Source: Chitinophagales bacterium
GTDB taxonomy: Bacteria > Bacteroidota > Bacteroidia > Chitinophagales > LD1
Length of the DNA: 64,000 bases
Assembly: GCA_046329515.1 (NCBI GenBank)
Contig: JAXLUM010000001.1
Span: 1,854,329-1,918,328, forward strand
Direction: 5' to 3'
Program-made: the position numbers and the translations under genes
The notes under the pieces: model-generated
Told to the model about the DNA's origin: nothing
What the model saw: the letters and a program-made list of their open reading frames with translations, nothing else
Database searches by the model: none
In this document: one piece after another, positions 40,185 through 49,513 of the stretch
How positions within the stretch are numbered: the first letter of the stretch is position 1
Layout of the letters: each line of letters opens with the position of its first letter

Positions 40185-40952
40185 ATGATAATTACAGGCA
40201 TTATACCCGCACGCTATGCAAGCAGCCGTTTCCCCGGTAAGCCGTTGGTAGATATTAAGGGTAAGAGTATGATACGCCGCGTTTACGAGCAGGCAAAAAA
40301 GGCAACGCTTTTAAGCGATGTTATCATAGCTACAGATGACCAGCGCATTTACGATGAGGTAAACAGCTTTGGCGGCAAGGTGGTAATGACAAGCCCTATA
40401 CATGTAAACGGCACTGAACGCTGCGCAGAAGTTGCCGCCGCCTGCAATGCAGACGTAATTATAAATATACAGGGTGATGAGCCCTTTATTGAGCCCGAAC
40501 AAATTGATGCACTGGGCAGGTGTTTCGAAAATGCAGAAACACAAATTGCTACTTTAATAAAGGAACACCCGCTGAATGAAGAGTTGCAAAACCCTGCACG
40601 TATAAAAGTGGTAGTAGATAAAAGCTTACGGGCGTTGTATTTCAGCCGCAACGTAATACCGCACCAAAGGGCGCAACCGCAGGTGCATGTAGGTGGCTTT
40701 GGCCATACCCATAACCCACAAACTAGCCCAAGCACCTCAGCCGTTTACTACAAGCATATTGGGCTGTATGCCTACCGTAAAGAGGTTTTGTTAGAATTGG
40801 TAAAACTGGCCCCTACCCCATTAGAAATGGCAGAAAGCCTTGAGCAACTGCGCTGGCTGGAGAACGGTTACCGCATACAATGCGCGCTTACCACGCACGA
40901 AAGTATTTCTATTGATACGCCGGAGGATTTGGCCCTATTTATTAAGCACTAA
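40185..40952 (+). CDS. kdsB: 3-deoxy-manno-octulosonate cytidylyltransferase (CMP-Kdo synthetase)
   Basis: The motifs IIPARYASSRFPGKPL, INIQGDEPF and LEQLRWLENGY are present. Confidence 0.9.
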   Translation: MIITGIIPARYASSRFPGKPLVDIKGKSMIRRVYEQAKKATLLSDVIIATDDQRIYDEVNSFGGKVVMTSPIHVNGTERCAEVAAACNADVIINIQGDEPFIEPEQIDALGRCFENAETQIATLIKEHPLNEELQNPARIKVVVDKSLRALYFSRNVIPHQRAQPQVHVGGFGHTHNPQTSPSTSAVYYKHIGLYAYRKEVLLELVKLAPTPLEMAESLEQLRWLENGYRIQCALTTHESISIDTPEDLALFIKH

Positions 40953-43900
40953 GCGGCGGTACATTTGATGGCCTTCGTTATCCCAAAGCTTAAGAAGGTA
41001 CGCCCCCGCAGCAAAAGTTGAAATATCTACCGCCAGGTGCTTAGCCGGTTTTTCAAGGAATAAGTCTTTAACCAACACGCCGCTTAAACTATATAAGCTA
41101 CCTGATATTTTAGTGCCACTACTGTTGTTAACGTTTACTTCACCCTTTGTAGGATTTGGGTAAACGTCAACCCCATCTGCAAATTCATCAATTAAACCCG
41201 AGCACAAACTTACGATAACCGAAAGGGTATCGCTTTGTGTGCAGCCGTTATTATCAGAATAAGTGTAGATAATTTGATGAACCCCTTCACCTGCAATAAG
41301 GGGGTCGAAGATATTATTCATCATTCCTGCGCCGCTGTAAGCGCCACCCGGTGGCCCTCCTAACAGTGAGTATTGAGGGCCATATATGCATACTTCATCC
41401 GGCAAAAATCCCGCACTTACCGGCGATACGAAATTTACGGTTAGGTTAAGTGTTACTACACTATCGCAGCCATCTGCAGTGTGAAATACTGCACTGTGCA
41501 TACCGGCCTGGCTAAATGCTGAATCATTAAAGAAATAAACATCTCCGGGGCATAATTGCACTTGTAAATTATTGGCAAACTGGTATTCGCTTAGCACCAA
41601 ATTTACAACCGAATCGCAACCCTGAACGGTAGTTATGGTATCGCTGTATACCCCCGGTTGAGTCAGCGTGTCGCCCTGAAAGAGATAATAACCACCCTTA
41701 CAAAAACTACCCGTAAGGTTTGATCCCTTTTGCATAAATGTCAAATGCAGGTATTGCACGAGGGAATCACAGCCATTTTGCGCTTTTAAAGTGTCCGTGT
41801 AGATTCCACTTGTAGTTAATTGTTGACCGTTGTAAGTATACATGCTTCCGTTACAAGCAGTGGCGAACACGTGATCAGACGCCAATGAGGCATATGCAAT
41901 TTGAACCTGAACAATAGAATCACAACCGGCTGAGGAAATCAGTGTATCGCGATAAAGACCGGGTGCTGTAAGTATTTGCCCGAAGAAATTATATGAACCC
42001 GGCCCTCCGCTACAGATGTAGTGCAGTGTAGTTACTATAGAATAGGTGATGTAATGCAAGTTAAGGACAACCACTGAATCGCAGCCGTTAGCCAACGGTA
42101 TGTAGTAGTTATAGGTGCCGGGCGTAAAAAGTGTATCACTCATAAACACATAGGAACTGCCCGGGCACATACCCGCATTTACTGAAGTGGTAACGTAGTT
42201 TTCTACATATAGGTGCAGTTCGGAAACTGAATCGCAGCCGCTTACGCCGGTTAAGGTGTCTCTGTAAATACCCGTAGTAGTACGAAGCTGCCCGTTAAAC
42301 AGGTAGCTGGAGCCGTGGCAGATGGTATCATAAAAGGCAACTACCGGGGCCGCAGTAACCGTTAGGTTAAGGCGATGCAATGAATCACAACCATCCGGCT
42401 TTATAATGGTATCCCAATAGGAACCTGTTTGAGTCAGGTATGCTCCGTTGAACAAGAAACTTTTGCCCTGGCAAATAGTCTGTTGTTCCGCCGATACCGG
42501 AGAAGGTTTTACGTACAAAGCAAGCACTACAATTGAATCGCACCCCGCAGGGTTTGTCAGATGGTGGTTATAAATACCGGCGGTATTATACACCTGGCCA
42601 AAGAAATTGACTGAGCCCCCGTGGCAGATAGTATCATATACGCCATGCATGAGCGGGCTTGTAACGTAAAGGTTGAGGTAGCGGAATGAATCGCAGCCAT
42701 TTGCCGCAGTAAAAGTATCGGCATAAAAACCTCCCGCACTTATTATTTGCCCGTTGAAGTTATAAGTTTGCCCGGCACAGATGGTTGCCGTTATATAACT
42801 ATAGATTTTAATGGAGGCCAGATGTAAAACAGTGACAACTGAATCACAACCATCCACCGCTTTAAAAAGCCTGCTGTAGGTAATATTCTGTGTGTAGGGC
42901 AGGTTAAAAACAGTATCGGCAAATGTATAAGTGCGTGCGCAAGTGGTATCGAAAATATGAGTTTCCGGCGCCTGAAGCGGTGATACTGTTAAATTGAGCG
43001 TTATAAAGGAATCGCAACCTTGTGCAGAAGGTAAAACAACGGTACGGCTTGCACTATGCGTATACGTAGAATCGTACCATTGAAAGCTTTTGCCCAGGCA
43101 TACCTGCACATTTAAGGTATCATAAACCTTGCAAGAGGGGTTACGGTATTCGTAAATTCTTTCGCCGGACAAAAAACCGTGATTCGGATTTAAAAAACGA
43201 AAGCGGTTCGGATTAACGGCTATACTATCTAAACCCCAGCTGGCACCACCGTTTACAGTATGATAAATGTATTGCGGAGGGTTGCTCGCATGGGCGCGCC
43301 CTCCTACCCAACCTTCGGTTGAATTTCTAAAGCCTATAGCTTGTGCACCAATACCACAAACGCAAAACTGCTGCTCCTGCCAGGTTAACCCGCCATCCAC
43401 CGTTTTTAAAACGTACTGAGTATCGTTTGCCATGTTGCGGAAGGATTCTAAGGAAACGTATCCCGTATCGCGGGTTGGGAAAGATATCTTCCAGCACATT
43501 TCCTGTGAGTGGCTGCTTGTTTTTTTCAATTGCCAGTTGTTGCCCCCATCAGTGGTATAGAGCACAACACCATTACCGGTAGCAAAAAAGGCGTTTGTGC
43601 CTACGGCAATGCCTGTGTCTTTATTAAAAAAGAGCACATCCACCAGGCCGCCAGCATAAGCGCTCATATCCTTATAAGACCAACTGCTACCGCTGTTAGT
43701 AGTTTTAAGAAAGACGGCGGGGCCATAGTATCGGCCCACTGCGGTCAAAGTAGAATCATTAATTACGTTTTGCCCGCAAATGCCCATTGGCCGCGGGCCT
43801 GGAATATTGTGTCCAGGCTGCCAGGAGTTGCCGCTATCCACCGATTGGTACATAACCGCTGTATCATTACCATTGGCCTCCAAAATGCCGATGAAACCAT

Positions 43901-44168
43901 TCTTCGCATTCAAAAAACCAATATCGCGATAAACGGCTGTTACTGGGGCCGCCATTTGCTGCCAGCTTATGCCATGGTTTTGGGTTTTTAGCACCGCAGC
44001 ATTTCCATTAGCAGTATTTTTGACGGCCCAGCCGGTATCATTATTTAAAAAGTAGATATCATCGTAACGGTCTAATAAGGGGGGTGCTGAAGTAGCCATC
44101 CAATACCCCTGTGCAGCGCAGTTTGTACAAATAACTAGTACAAGCAATAAATAGCAAAGCTTTCTCAT
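40935..44168 (-). CDS. T9SS type-A cargo: signal peptide, BNR/Asp-box (Ycf48-like) beta-propeller, 11 tandem Cys repeats and a type-A C-terminal sorting domain
   Basis: The 1077-aa product carries Asp-box motifs (SVDSGNSW, TNSGSSW, TTDGGNNW, TVDGGLTW, TVNGGASW) and 11 GCDS-containing repeats. The C-terminus VDVYPNPTKGEVNV...AGAYLLKLWD fits the T9SS type-A CTD. Its 3' end overlaps kdsB by 18 nt in convergent orientation. Confidence 0.9.
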   Translation of the reverse strand: MRKLCYLLLVLVICTNCAAQGYWMATSAPPLLDRYDDIYFLNNDTGWAVKNTANGNAAVLKTQNHGISWQQMAAPVTAVYRDIGFLNAKNGFIGILEANGNDTAVMYQSVDSGNSWQPGHNIPGPRPMGICGQNVINDSTLTAVGRYYGPAVFLKTTNSGSSWSYKDMSAYAGGLVDVLFFNKDTGIAVGTNAFFATGNGVVLYTTDGGNNWQLKKTSSHSQEMCWKISFPTRDTGYVSLESFRNMANDTQYVLKTVDGGLTWQEQQFCVCGIGAQAIGFRNSTEGWVGGRAHASNPPQYIYHTVNGGASWGLDSIAVNPNRFRFLNPNHGFLSGERIYEYRNPSCKVYDTLNVQVCLGKSFQWYDSTYTHSASRTVVLPSAQGCDSFITLNLTVSPLQAPETHIFDTTCARTYTFADTVFNLPYTQNITYSRLFKAVDGCDSVVTVLHLASIKIYSYITATICAGQTYNFNGQIISAGGFYADTFTAANGCDSFRYLNLYVTSPLMHGVYDTICHGGSVNFFGQVYNTAGIYNHHLTNPAGCDSIVVLALYVKPSPVSAEQQTICQGKSFLFNGAYLTQTGSYWDTIIKPDGCDSLHRLNLTVTAAPVVAFYDTICHGSSYLFNGQLRTTTGIYRDTLTGVSGCDSVSELHLYVENYVTTSVNAGMCPGSSYVFMSDTLFTPGTYNYYIPLANGCDSVVVLNLHYITYSIVTTLHYICSGGPGSYNFFGQILTAPGLYRDTLISSAGCDSIVQVQIAYASLASDHVFATACNGSMYTYNGQQLTTSGIYTDTLKAQNGCDSLVQYLHLTFMQKGSNLTGSFCKGGYYLFQGDTLTQPGVYSDTITTVQGCDSVVNLVLSEYQFANNLQVQLCPGDVYFFNDSAFSQAGMHSAVFHTADGCDSVVTLNLTVNFVSPVSAGFLPDEVCIYGPQYSLLGGPPGGAYSGAGMMNNIFDPLIAGEGVHQIIYTYSDNNGCTQSDTLSVIVSLCSGLIDEFADGVDVYPNPTKGEVNVNNSSGTKISGSLYSLSGVLVKDLFLEKPAKHLAVDISTFAAGAYLLKLWDNEGHQMYRRLVLNK
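41436..43133 (-). repeat. Intragenic array of 11 tandem repeats of about 51 aa (about 153 nt), consensus C.G.SY.F.G......G.Y.DT.....GCDS...L.L.V
   Basis: The array spans aa 346-911 of the cargo protein. The GCDS motif recurs 11 times with a 51-aa period, which I counted directly between two adjacent motifs. Confidence 0.85.
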
Positions 44169-44231
44169 AGGTTAGAAATGGCAATTTAGGCATTTAGTTT
44201 TGCCTGCTATGTATTTCTAAAAAATTGCCTG

Positions 44232-46901
44232 TTAAAAGTTATACCCCACCTGGAACGTATAGTTACGCGGCGGCTCTATTAGTGCCGGACGCAACATGTA
44301 CTCAGTGTTCAGAATGTTTTTGACGATGAAGTTGAACAGGAACTTATCCTTATAGTTATAGCCGGCGCGAACATCCATTACAAAGTAACCCTTGCTGTGC
44401 GTTTTGCGGAAATCGCTAACCACTTTAAGGGCGCCAATACCCACGTTGTCAATCTCCTTCATAAAACTGTTATAGAAGGCGCTGACACCAATAATAAAAC
44501 CCTTGTACGTAGTTTGCGCATCAATTTTAAAGCTGTGCTGCACGCGGTATTTTAAAGTAGTAACCTGTGCATGAGCCCGCACTGAATCAAGGTTACGTGG
44601 ATCTAAATAGCTGTAACCGATAAGGAAGTTTAAAGGCACACCGAATATCTGGCCGTTGGCTACAGCGCTAACCTCCACACCCCAAATACGGGCATCAGTA
44701 ACGTTCATAGCCTGGAAAGGAATACCCAGCACATAAGGCTTAATAGAATCGGCAAGGTCATCGTAATTAATAGCCTGAAACTCTATCATATCGTGGTAGC
44801 GCATAATGTAGGCGCTGGCATCAAAGTAGGCCATCCACTTGCTTATTTTTACACCCTGCTTAATACCCAATTCAGCGCTCCATCCGTTTTCAGGACGTAA
44901 GTTTTCATTAGGGAATACCTGCGCACCGCTACGCAAGGTGTAAACGTATTTCTCGGCAAGGGCAGGATAACGGAAACCCTGTCCAAAGCTTGCACGGATG
45001 TAAGTGCCTTTAGTAGCCTGGTAATTCATACCAATACGGAACAGCGGCGTAACAGGCGATTGAATGTCGTTGGTCTTCTTTGCTGCCTTATTGAGTATAT
45101 TAATAAATGGCAAACGGTTGTGCACAGTTTCACCGCTAAGGCGGGCAAACTCAAAACGCAAACCAGCGCTTATAGTCAACTTCTGGAAGAACTTCTTCTC
45201 TGCCTGTATGTAAGCGGCAAAGTTCATAATCTCGCGGGTGCTGAAGTACTTTATGTTGTTGATGTTAGCCACTAGCTGGCCAAAGGTTTTACCCTTAATG
45301 TTGCTGTAAAAGCCGTTGGTACCGGCAGTAACTACCAGCGCTGCCTTGGTAAAGTTGTGCAGTATGCTGTAATCGTAATAAAGCTGTGTGCTGTTGGTGC
45401 TATCGCCGGTAGTGCTGAAACTTTGGTTATTAAACACACGGAATTTCAGGCTATGGCGGTTCTCCCCTTTATCGTAGTAGTTAAGGTAAGGGTCTATGGT
45501 AAACATACGGGCCTGTGTGCGCACATCAGCCTGGGTAGGTATATACATTAAGGTAGCAATACCTTTTGCCGCAAAAAAGTCCTTAAGCGTTTGGTGGAAG
45601 AAGGTCATGTTTAACCCCGCTGTTAAACGCGAAAGCTTCTTCGGCGTGTAACGCAGCTTGGCTGCCAAACGGGTACGCTTGTAATCGTTGCTTTGCCTAA
45701 AGCCCATATCCTGCTGGTAGCTGGCGCTCAGCACCACCCCAAAATCGCCATACTGTTTGGCATGGGTAAACTGGCCGCCGCCATACATGCGGTAGTGCAC
45801 ACGGTCAACCGTATCCCCTCTTTGATTTATGGTTTTGCTGCGCCACCAATCGTTCCAGGTACGTTGGCGGGGCTGGTCGTAAAAGCCGTAATTAATAAGC
45901 AGCTTGTTCACCATTTCCGGCTTGGGTTGTATGGTGCGCATATTAATAACGCCGTTTAATGCTGATGAACCATAAAGTGCTGATGATGAACCTTTAATAA
46001 CTTCTATTTGCTCTAAAGCTTCAATAGGCATCATTTCCCAAACAATGCTTCCGTTCTCAGGGCTTATAATGGGCATTTCATCTAAAAGGGCCAGCACACG
46101 GTTACCCGTAGCATCGCTAAAACCGCTACCGCCGCGTATGGCAATAGTTTTACCCAACATATTAACGCCGGGCACCTTGTTCATGGCCTCGTCCATTTTG
46201 GCGCTTTGCTGTGTAAGCACGCTTGCCTTCACCACTTCCATACTTACCACCTCTTCGCTCAGCTTCTTTTCGTACTTAGTGCCGGTTACCACTATAATGT
46301 CCATCTCCTTGCTCTCTATACCCATTACCACATCCAATGGCTTGTCCTTTTCCAACACGGTTACCAGCATACTGCGGGTGGTGTAGCCTACAAAGCTAAA
46401 GTCCAGCGTATGCGTGCCGGGGGCCAGGTATATCTCATACTTGCCATCCAAATCCGTTTGAGCGCCGTTTGAAGTTCCCTTTTGAATAATGTTTACGGCC
46501 ATCATAGGGCTCCCGTCCTTTTCATCCGTAACCGTTCCGTACACCTTTAACTTACCGGTTCCGGCTTCCTGCTTTACCTGCACGGGCTGGCTAACCGCTT
46601 CAACTTTAGGCGCTATACTTAAATTAATAACAGTATCAGTAAGCAGATTTACCTGAACAGCAGTTTCAGTATAACCGACCTTAGTAGCTGCAATGGTGCT
46701 TTGGCCTATATTGGCCATAAACTCGTAATGGCCGTTTGAATCGGTAGCTGCCGAGTTATTAGTGCCGGACTGTGAAATAGTTGTATTTGAAAGGGGCGAA
46801 TTGCTTTTACTATCGGTAACTATACCGCTAAGCTTTACCTGCTGGGCCTCAACACCTACAACCATCAACGCGGCAGATAAAATTGCCAGTAATTTCCTCA
46901 T
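44232..46901 (-). CDS. TonB-dependent receptor with two N-terminal carboxypeptidase-regulatory-like domains
   Basis: The 889-aa product has a signal peptide and two CarboxypepD_reg-like units (VKLSGIVTDSKSNSPL...DSNGHYEF; LKVYGTVTDEKDGSPM...DLDGKYEI). It has a plug (IEVIKGSSSALYGSSALNGVINM) and a C-terminal barrel ending in ...YTFQVGYNF. No SusD-like partner is adjacent. Confidence 0.9.
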   Translation of the reverse strand: MRKLLAILSAALMVVGVEAQQVKLSGIVTDSKSNSPLSNTTISQSGTNNSAATDSNGHYEFMANIGQSTIAATKVGYTETAVQVNLLTDTVINLSIAPKVEAVSQPVQVKQEAGTGKLKVYGTVTDEKDGSPMMAVNIIQKGTSNGAQTDLDGKYEIYLAPGTHTLDFSFVGYTTRSMLVTVLEKDKPLDVVMGIESKEMDIIVVTGTKYEKKLSEEVVSMEVVKASVLTQQSAKMDEAMNKVPGVNMLGKTIAIRGGSGFSDATGNRVLALLDEMPIISPENGSIVWEMMPIEALEQIEVIKGSSSALYGSSALNGVINMRTIQPKPEMVNKLLINYGFYDQPRQRTWNDWWRSKTINQRGDTVDRVHYRMYGGGQFTHAKQYGDFGVVLSASYQQDMGFRQSNDYKRTRLAAKLRYTPKKLSRLTAGLNMTFFHQTLKDFFAAKGIATLMYIPTQADVRTQARMFTIDPYLNYYDKGENRHSLKFRVFNNQSFSTTGDSTNSTQLYYDYSILHNFTKAALVVTAGTNGFYSNIKGKTFGQLVANINNIKYFSTREIMNFAAYIQAEKKFFQKLTISAGLRFEFARLSGETVHNRLPFINILNKAAKKTNDIQSPVTPLFRIGMNYQATKGTYIRASFGQGFRYPALAEKYVYTLRSGAQVFPNENLRPENGWSAELGIKQGVKISKWMAYFDASAYIMRYHDMIEFQAINYDDLADSIKPYVLGIPFQAMNVTDARIWGVEVSAVANGQIFGVPLNFLIGYSYLDPRNLDSVRAHAQVTTLKYRVQHSFKIDAQTTYKGFIIGVSAFYNSFMKEIDNVGIGALKVVSDFRKTHSKGYFVMDVRAGYNYKDKFLFNFIVKNILNTEYMLRPALIEPPRNYTFQVGYNF

Positions 46902-47237
46902 AAGCGAAATTTTCGTGCGGAGTCAAAAATAGAATTTTCCCCTATGAAGAACCCTGACTTAAGGAATTGTTATCCACAGATGAAGGCAGGCTAATGGACA
47001 GCGGAAAAGGCGGTTATTAGGCGGCTATATATAAAGACTCAACATTGAGCCTTTGTTCGCAACGAAGCCTTAACATGGGTATTTCGTTTCCCAAACTATA
47101 TTTTCAGAATATTTTTTTCGGGCAACCTGCTGCAACCTTTGGTAGTCTGTTAATTGAAAACTGCTTAAAAAGCTTTAAGCCCACCCTTAATTACACGGGC
47201 ATGACAGAGCAAAGCAGGTTTTTGGGGCTAAAAACCT

Positions 47238-47245
47238 TATTTTTG
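47238..47245 (+). promoter_or_regulatory. Candidate -7 promoter box for rocD
   Basis: TATTTTTG matches TAnnTTTG 18 nt upstream of the ATG. This is a motif match only. Confidence 0.3.
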
Positions 47246-47262
47246 AAACGAAACTTATAAGA

Positions 47263-48504
47263 ATGACCACAGCAACATCAGCAGGTATAAGCAGAGCAGA
47301 GCATTTAATGGAACTGGAAGAACAGCACGGTGCGCATAACTACCATCCGCTGCCGGTTGTATTAGAACGCGGCCGGGGCGTGTATGTATGGGATGTAGAC
47401 GGCAAACGCTATTTAGATTGCCTTAGCGCCTACAGCGCCGTTAACCAGGGGCATTGCCACCAACTGATTATTGATGTTTTAAAACGCCAGGCCGAAAAGC
47501 TGACCCTAACCAGCCGCGCCTTTCATAACAATGTATTGGGCGAATACGAAAAGTATATAACCGAATACTTTGGCTACGATAAGGTGTTACCTATGAACAC
47601 CGGCGTTGAAGCGGTTGAAACGGCTATTAAACTGGCGCGCCGTTGGGCTTACGAGGTTAAAGGCGTTAAGGAGAATGCAGCTAAGATAATTGTGCCTGAA
47701 GGTAACTTCCATGGGCGCACACTGTTGGCTATTTCTGCCAGCACCGACCCTGATAGCTATGCAGGCTTTGGACCCTATGTGCCCAACTTTGTAAAAATAC
47801 CTTATAACGACCTTACCGCTTTAGCCGAAGCTTTAACAGATAAAGACGTAGCAGGCTTTATGGTTGAGCCTATACAAGGCGAAGCCGGCGTTAATGTGCC
47901 TGATGATAACTACCTGGCAAAAGCAAAATTCCTTTGCGAAAAGGCCGGCGTGTTGTTTATAGCCGATGAAGTGCAAACAGGCCTTGGCCGCACCGGCAAA
48001 ATGCTGGCTTGCGATTGGGAGGAAGTGCGCCCCGATATTTTGATTTTAGGCAAAGCCCTTAGCGGTGGCACCCTACCGGTTAGCGCTGTATTGGCTGATG
48101 ACCCCATTATGCTAACCATTAAGCCCGGCGAACACGGCAGTACGTATGGCGGTAATCCGCTGGCGGCTAAAGTAGCTATGGCTGCGCTGCAGGTTATTAA
48201 GGATGAGAACCTGGTGTATAACGCCTTTTACCTTGGCAAGTACTTCCGCCAGGAATTGGGCAAGATTAAACACAAGAGCATAAAACAAATACGCGGTAAA
48301 GGTTTACTAAACGCTATTGTATTAGACACCACCGACGAAAAAGCCGGCTGGAACCTTTGCGTTAAAATGATGAAGAAAGGCCTGTTGGCTAAACCAACGC
48401 ACAGCTACATCATTCGCCTTGCACCGCCTTTATGTATAACTAAGGAACAGGTAGATGAAGCCATTGCTATCATTACCGACGCCTTTAAGGACTTTAAAGG
48501 ATAG
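47263..48504 (+). CDS. rocD: Ornithine--oxo-acid aminotransferase
   Basis: The 413-aa product begins [45 protein letters not shown]. It has a class-III PLP lysine region ([12 protein letters not shown]) and [14 protein letters not shown]. Confidence 0.9.
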   Translation: MTTATSAGISRAEHLMELEEQHGAHNYHPLPVVLERGRGVYVWDVDGKRYLDCLSAYSAVNQGHCHQLIIDVLKRQAEKLTLTSRAFHNNVLGEYEKYITEYFGYDKVLPMNTGVEAVETAIKLARRWAYEVKGVKENAAKIIVPEGNFHGRTLLAISASTDPDSYAGFGPYVPNFVKIPYNDLTALAEALTDKDVAGFMVEPIQGEAGVNVPDDNYLAKAKFLCEKAGVLFIADEVQTGLGRTGKMLACDWEEVRPDILILGKALSGGTLPVSAVLADDPIMLTIKPGEHGSTYGGNPLAAKVAMAALQVIKDENLVYNAFYLGKYFRQELGKIKHKSIKQIRGKGLLNAIVLDTTDEKAGWNLCVKMMKKGLLAKPTHSYIIRLAPPLCITKEQVDEAIAIITDAFKDFKG

Positions 48505-48535
48505 CTATAATCACATAGTAAATAGAAAACATAAG

Positions 48536-48562
48536 AAGGACTTCGTTTGAGGTCCTTTTTTT
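48536..48562 (+). terminator. Rho-independent terminator of rocD
   Basis: The stem AAGGACTTC / GAGGTCCTT (9 bp, one G-U pair) has a GTTT loop and is followed by a T-run. Confidence 0.65.
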
Positions 48563-48563
48563 A

Positions 48564-48715
48564 CTACCCCCTCCGCCAAACTTCGTATGGCTCGTCCCCC
48601 TTTCCGGGGGACAATAACCTAACTTCTTAGTTAAGCGCATTACTGTATTTAAACTGTCCTCCTGGCAGGAGGACGAGGAGATTCCGATAACAATCGGGAT
48701 TGACGGAGGAGGTAT
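48564..48715 (+). repeat. Multi-hairpin interspersed repeat, copy A (full length, 152 nt)
   Basis: Copy A contains four hairpins: GCCAAAC-TTC-GTATGGC, GTCCCCC-TTTCC-GGGGGAC, GTCCTCCT-GGC-AGGAGGAC and ATTCCGAT-AACA-ATCGGGAT. The 5' ACCCCCTCCGCC can pair with the 3' GACGGAGGAGGT. Homologous copies lie at 53123 and 54198. Confidence 0.85.
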
Positions 48716-48885
48716 TGAGCACAGAATGATATTAAAGACACATTCCCATTCCGATTACTTAATACGGGGCCTGATATTCTGCATTAAGCCCCTTCTATCC
48801 TACCTTCACAAAAAATATTTAGCAATAGAAATAGCTCTCTACCAGCTAATTAACAGCAGCTATCCACAGCCCTGAATCTCGCCTC

Positions 48886-48916
48886 TTGCCTTAACTACTC
48901 TTTTTGATTATATTTG
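48886..48916 (+). promoter_or_regulatory. Candidate Bacteroidota sigma-A promoter for the first island ORF
   Basis: A TTG at 48886-48888 is followed by a 20-nt spacer and then TATATTTG at 48909-48916 (TAnnTTTG consensus), 25 nt before the ATG at 48941. Confidence 0.35.
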
Positions 48917-48940
48917 TACCATTAAGGTAATTTAAAGTAT

Positions 48941-49378
48941 ATGACTAAACAGGACATTTTAAAGGAAAAACCGCTGGACCCGGAGCTGCTGCGTCCGCAG
49001 TTTTGGCAAATGCTGGAGGATAGCGAAATAGATGAGGCCTTTCAAAAACTGGATGAGCTGACTATGGAACTGGCCCTCCGCCTGCAACGCATGGAGCAAA
49101 CCGACCTGTTTAAACTAACCAACCAACAGGCGCTTGACACCATACGCCAAATGGAGCGCCAGCGCTTTGTGGTAGAAACCCTGTTTAACGCGCGTGAATT
49201 CGCCATGCAGCTTATTGATGCCCGCAAACAGAACCGTCTGCTGCAACTGCAATTAACAGAACGCAACTTTCAACTGCAATGCACCAATGATGCCCTAATA
49301 CAAACCCACGAAAGCCTTGAGTTTACTACGGAGCTGTGTGAGAAATATATGGACCAGTTGGCTAGTGGTAAAGGGTAA
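48941..49378 (+). CDS. Hypothetical coiled-coil protein
   Basis: The 145-aa product is rich in Leu/Gln/Glu/Arg heptad-like stretches (LQRMEQTDLFKL...RKQNRLLQLQLTERNFQLQ). I recognised no catalytic motif. Confidence 0.6.
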   Translation: MTKQDILKEKPLDPELLRPQFWQMLEDSEIDEAFQKLDELTMELALRLQRMEQTDLFKLTNQQALDTIRQMERQRFVVETLFNAREFAMQLIDARKQNRLLQLQLTERNFQLQCTNDALIQTHESLEFTTELCEKYMDQLASGKG

Positions 49379-49510
49379 ATGGCAAGCGGTGAACGGTAAA
49401 TAGCAAGTGGTGAATACAAACTCTTACTTCATACTTCTCAATTCTAACTTCTCAATTCTAAACTCTCACTTCAAACTTCTTATTTCTCACTTCATACTTC
49501 AAACTTTTCA
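49360..49510 (+). repeat. Iteron-like direct-repeat cluster immediately upstream of the ATPase gene
   Basis: A 21-bp unit is repeated in tandem: GGTAAATGGCAAGCGGTGAAC at 49374-49394 and GGTAAATAGCAAGTGGTGAAT at 49395-49415, with a partial copy just upstream. A perfect 14-nt tandem CTTCTCAATTCTAA occurs twice (49434-49461). At least four ACTTCAWACTTC-type words lie between 49426 and 49506. Confidence 0.8.
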
Positions 49511-49513
49511 CTA

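Noticed and set aside
40641-40760. Apparent insertion (HVGGFGHTHNPQTSPSTSAVYY) in KdsB
   Set aside because: E. coli KdsB, as I recall it, has a variable loop of similar length at this position. There is no frameshift or repeat signature at the DNA level.
43343-43991. 79-aa and 160-aa plus-strand ORFs inside the propeller region of the T9SS cargo gene
   Set aside because: They are antisense to a frame with five Asp-box motifs and have no independent support.
47045-47260. 71-aa plus-strand ORF upstream of rocD
   Set aside because: It starts with a non-ATG codon in an AT-rich promoter region and overlaps the candidate rocD -7 box. It has no recognisable features.
46902-47262. Riboswitch (for example cobalamin) upstream of the TonB-dependent receptor
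   Set aside because: I looked on the minus strand for a B12-box-like GCCACTG core and other familiar riboswitch cores and found none. The region is AT-rich without obvious conserved helices.
49360-49510. Possible CRISPR array or minisatellite
   Set aside because: The repeat units are 12-21 nt with no unique spacers of comparable length, and no cas genes are nearby. The block is better described as iteron-like direct repeats.
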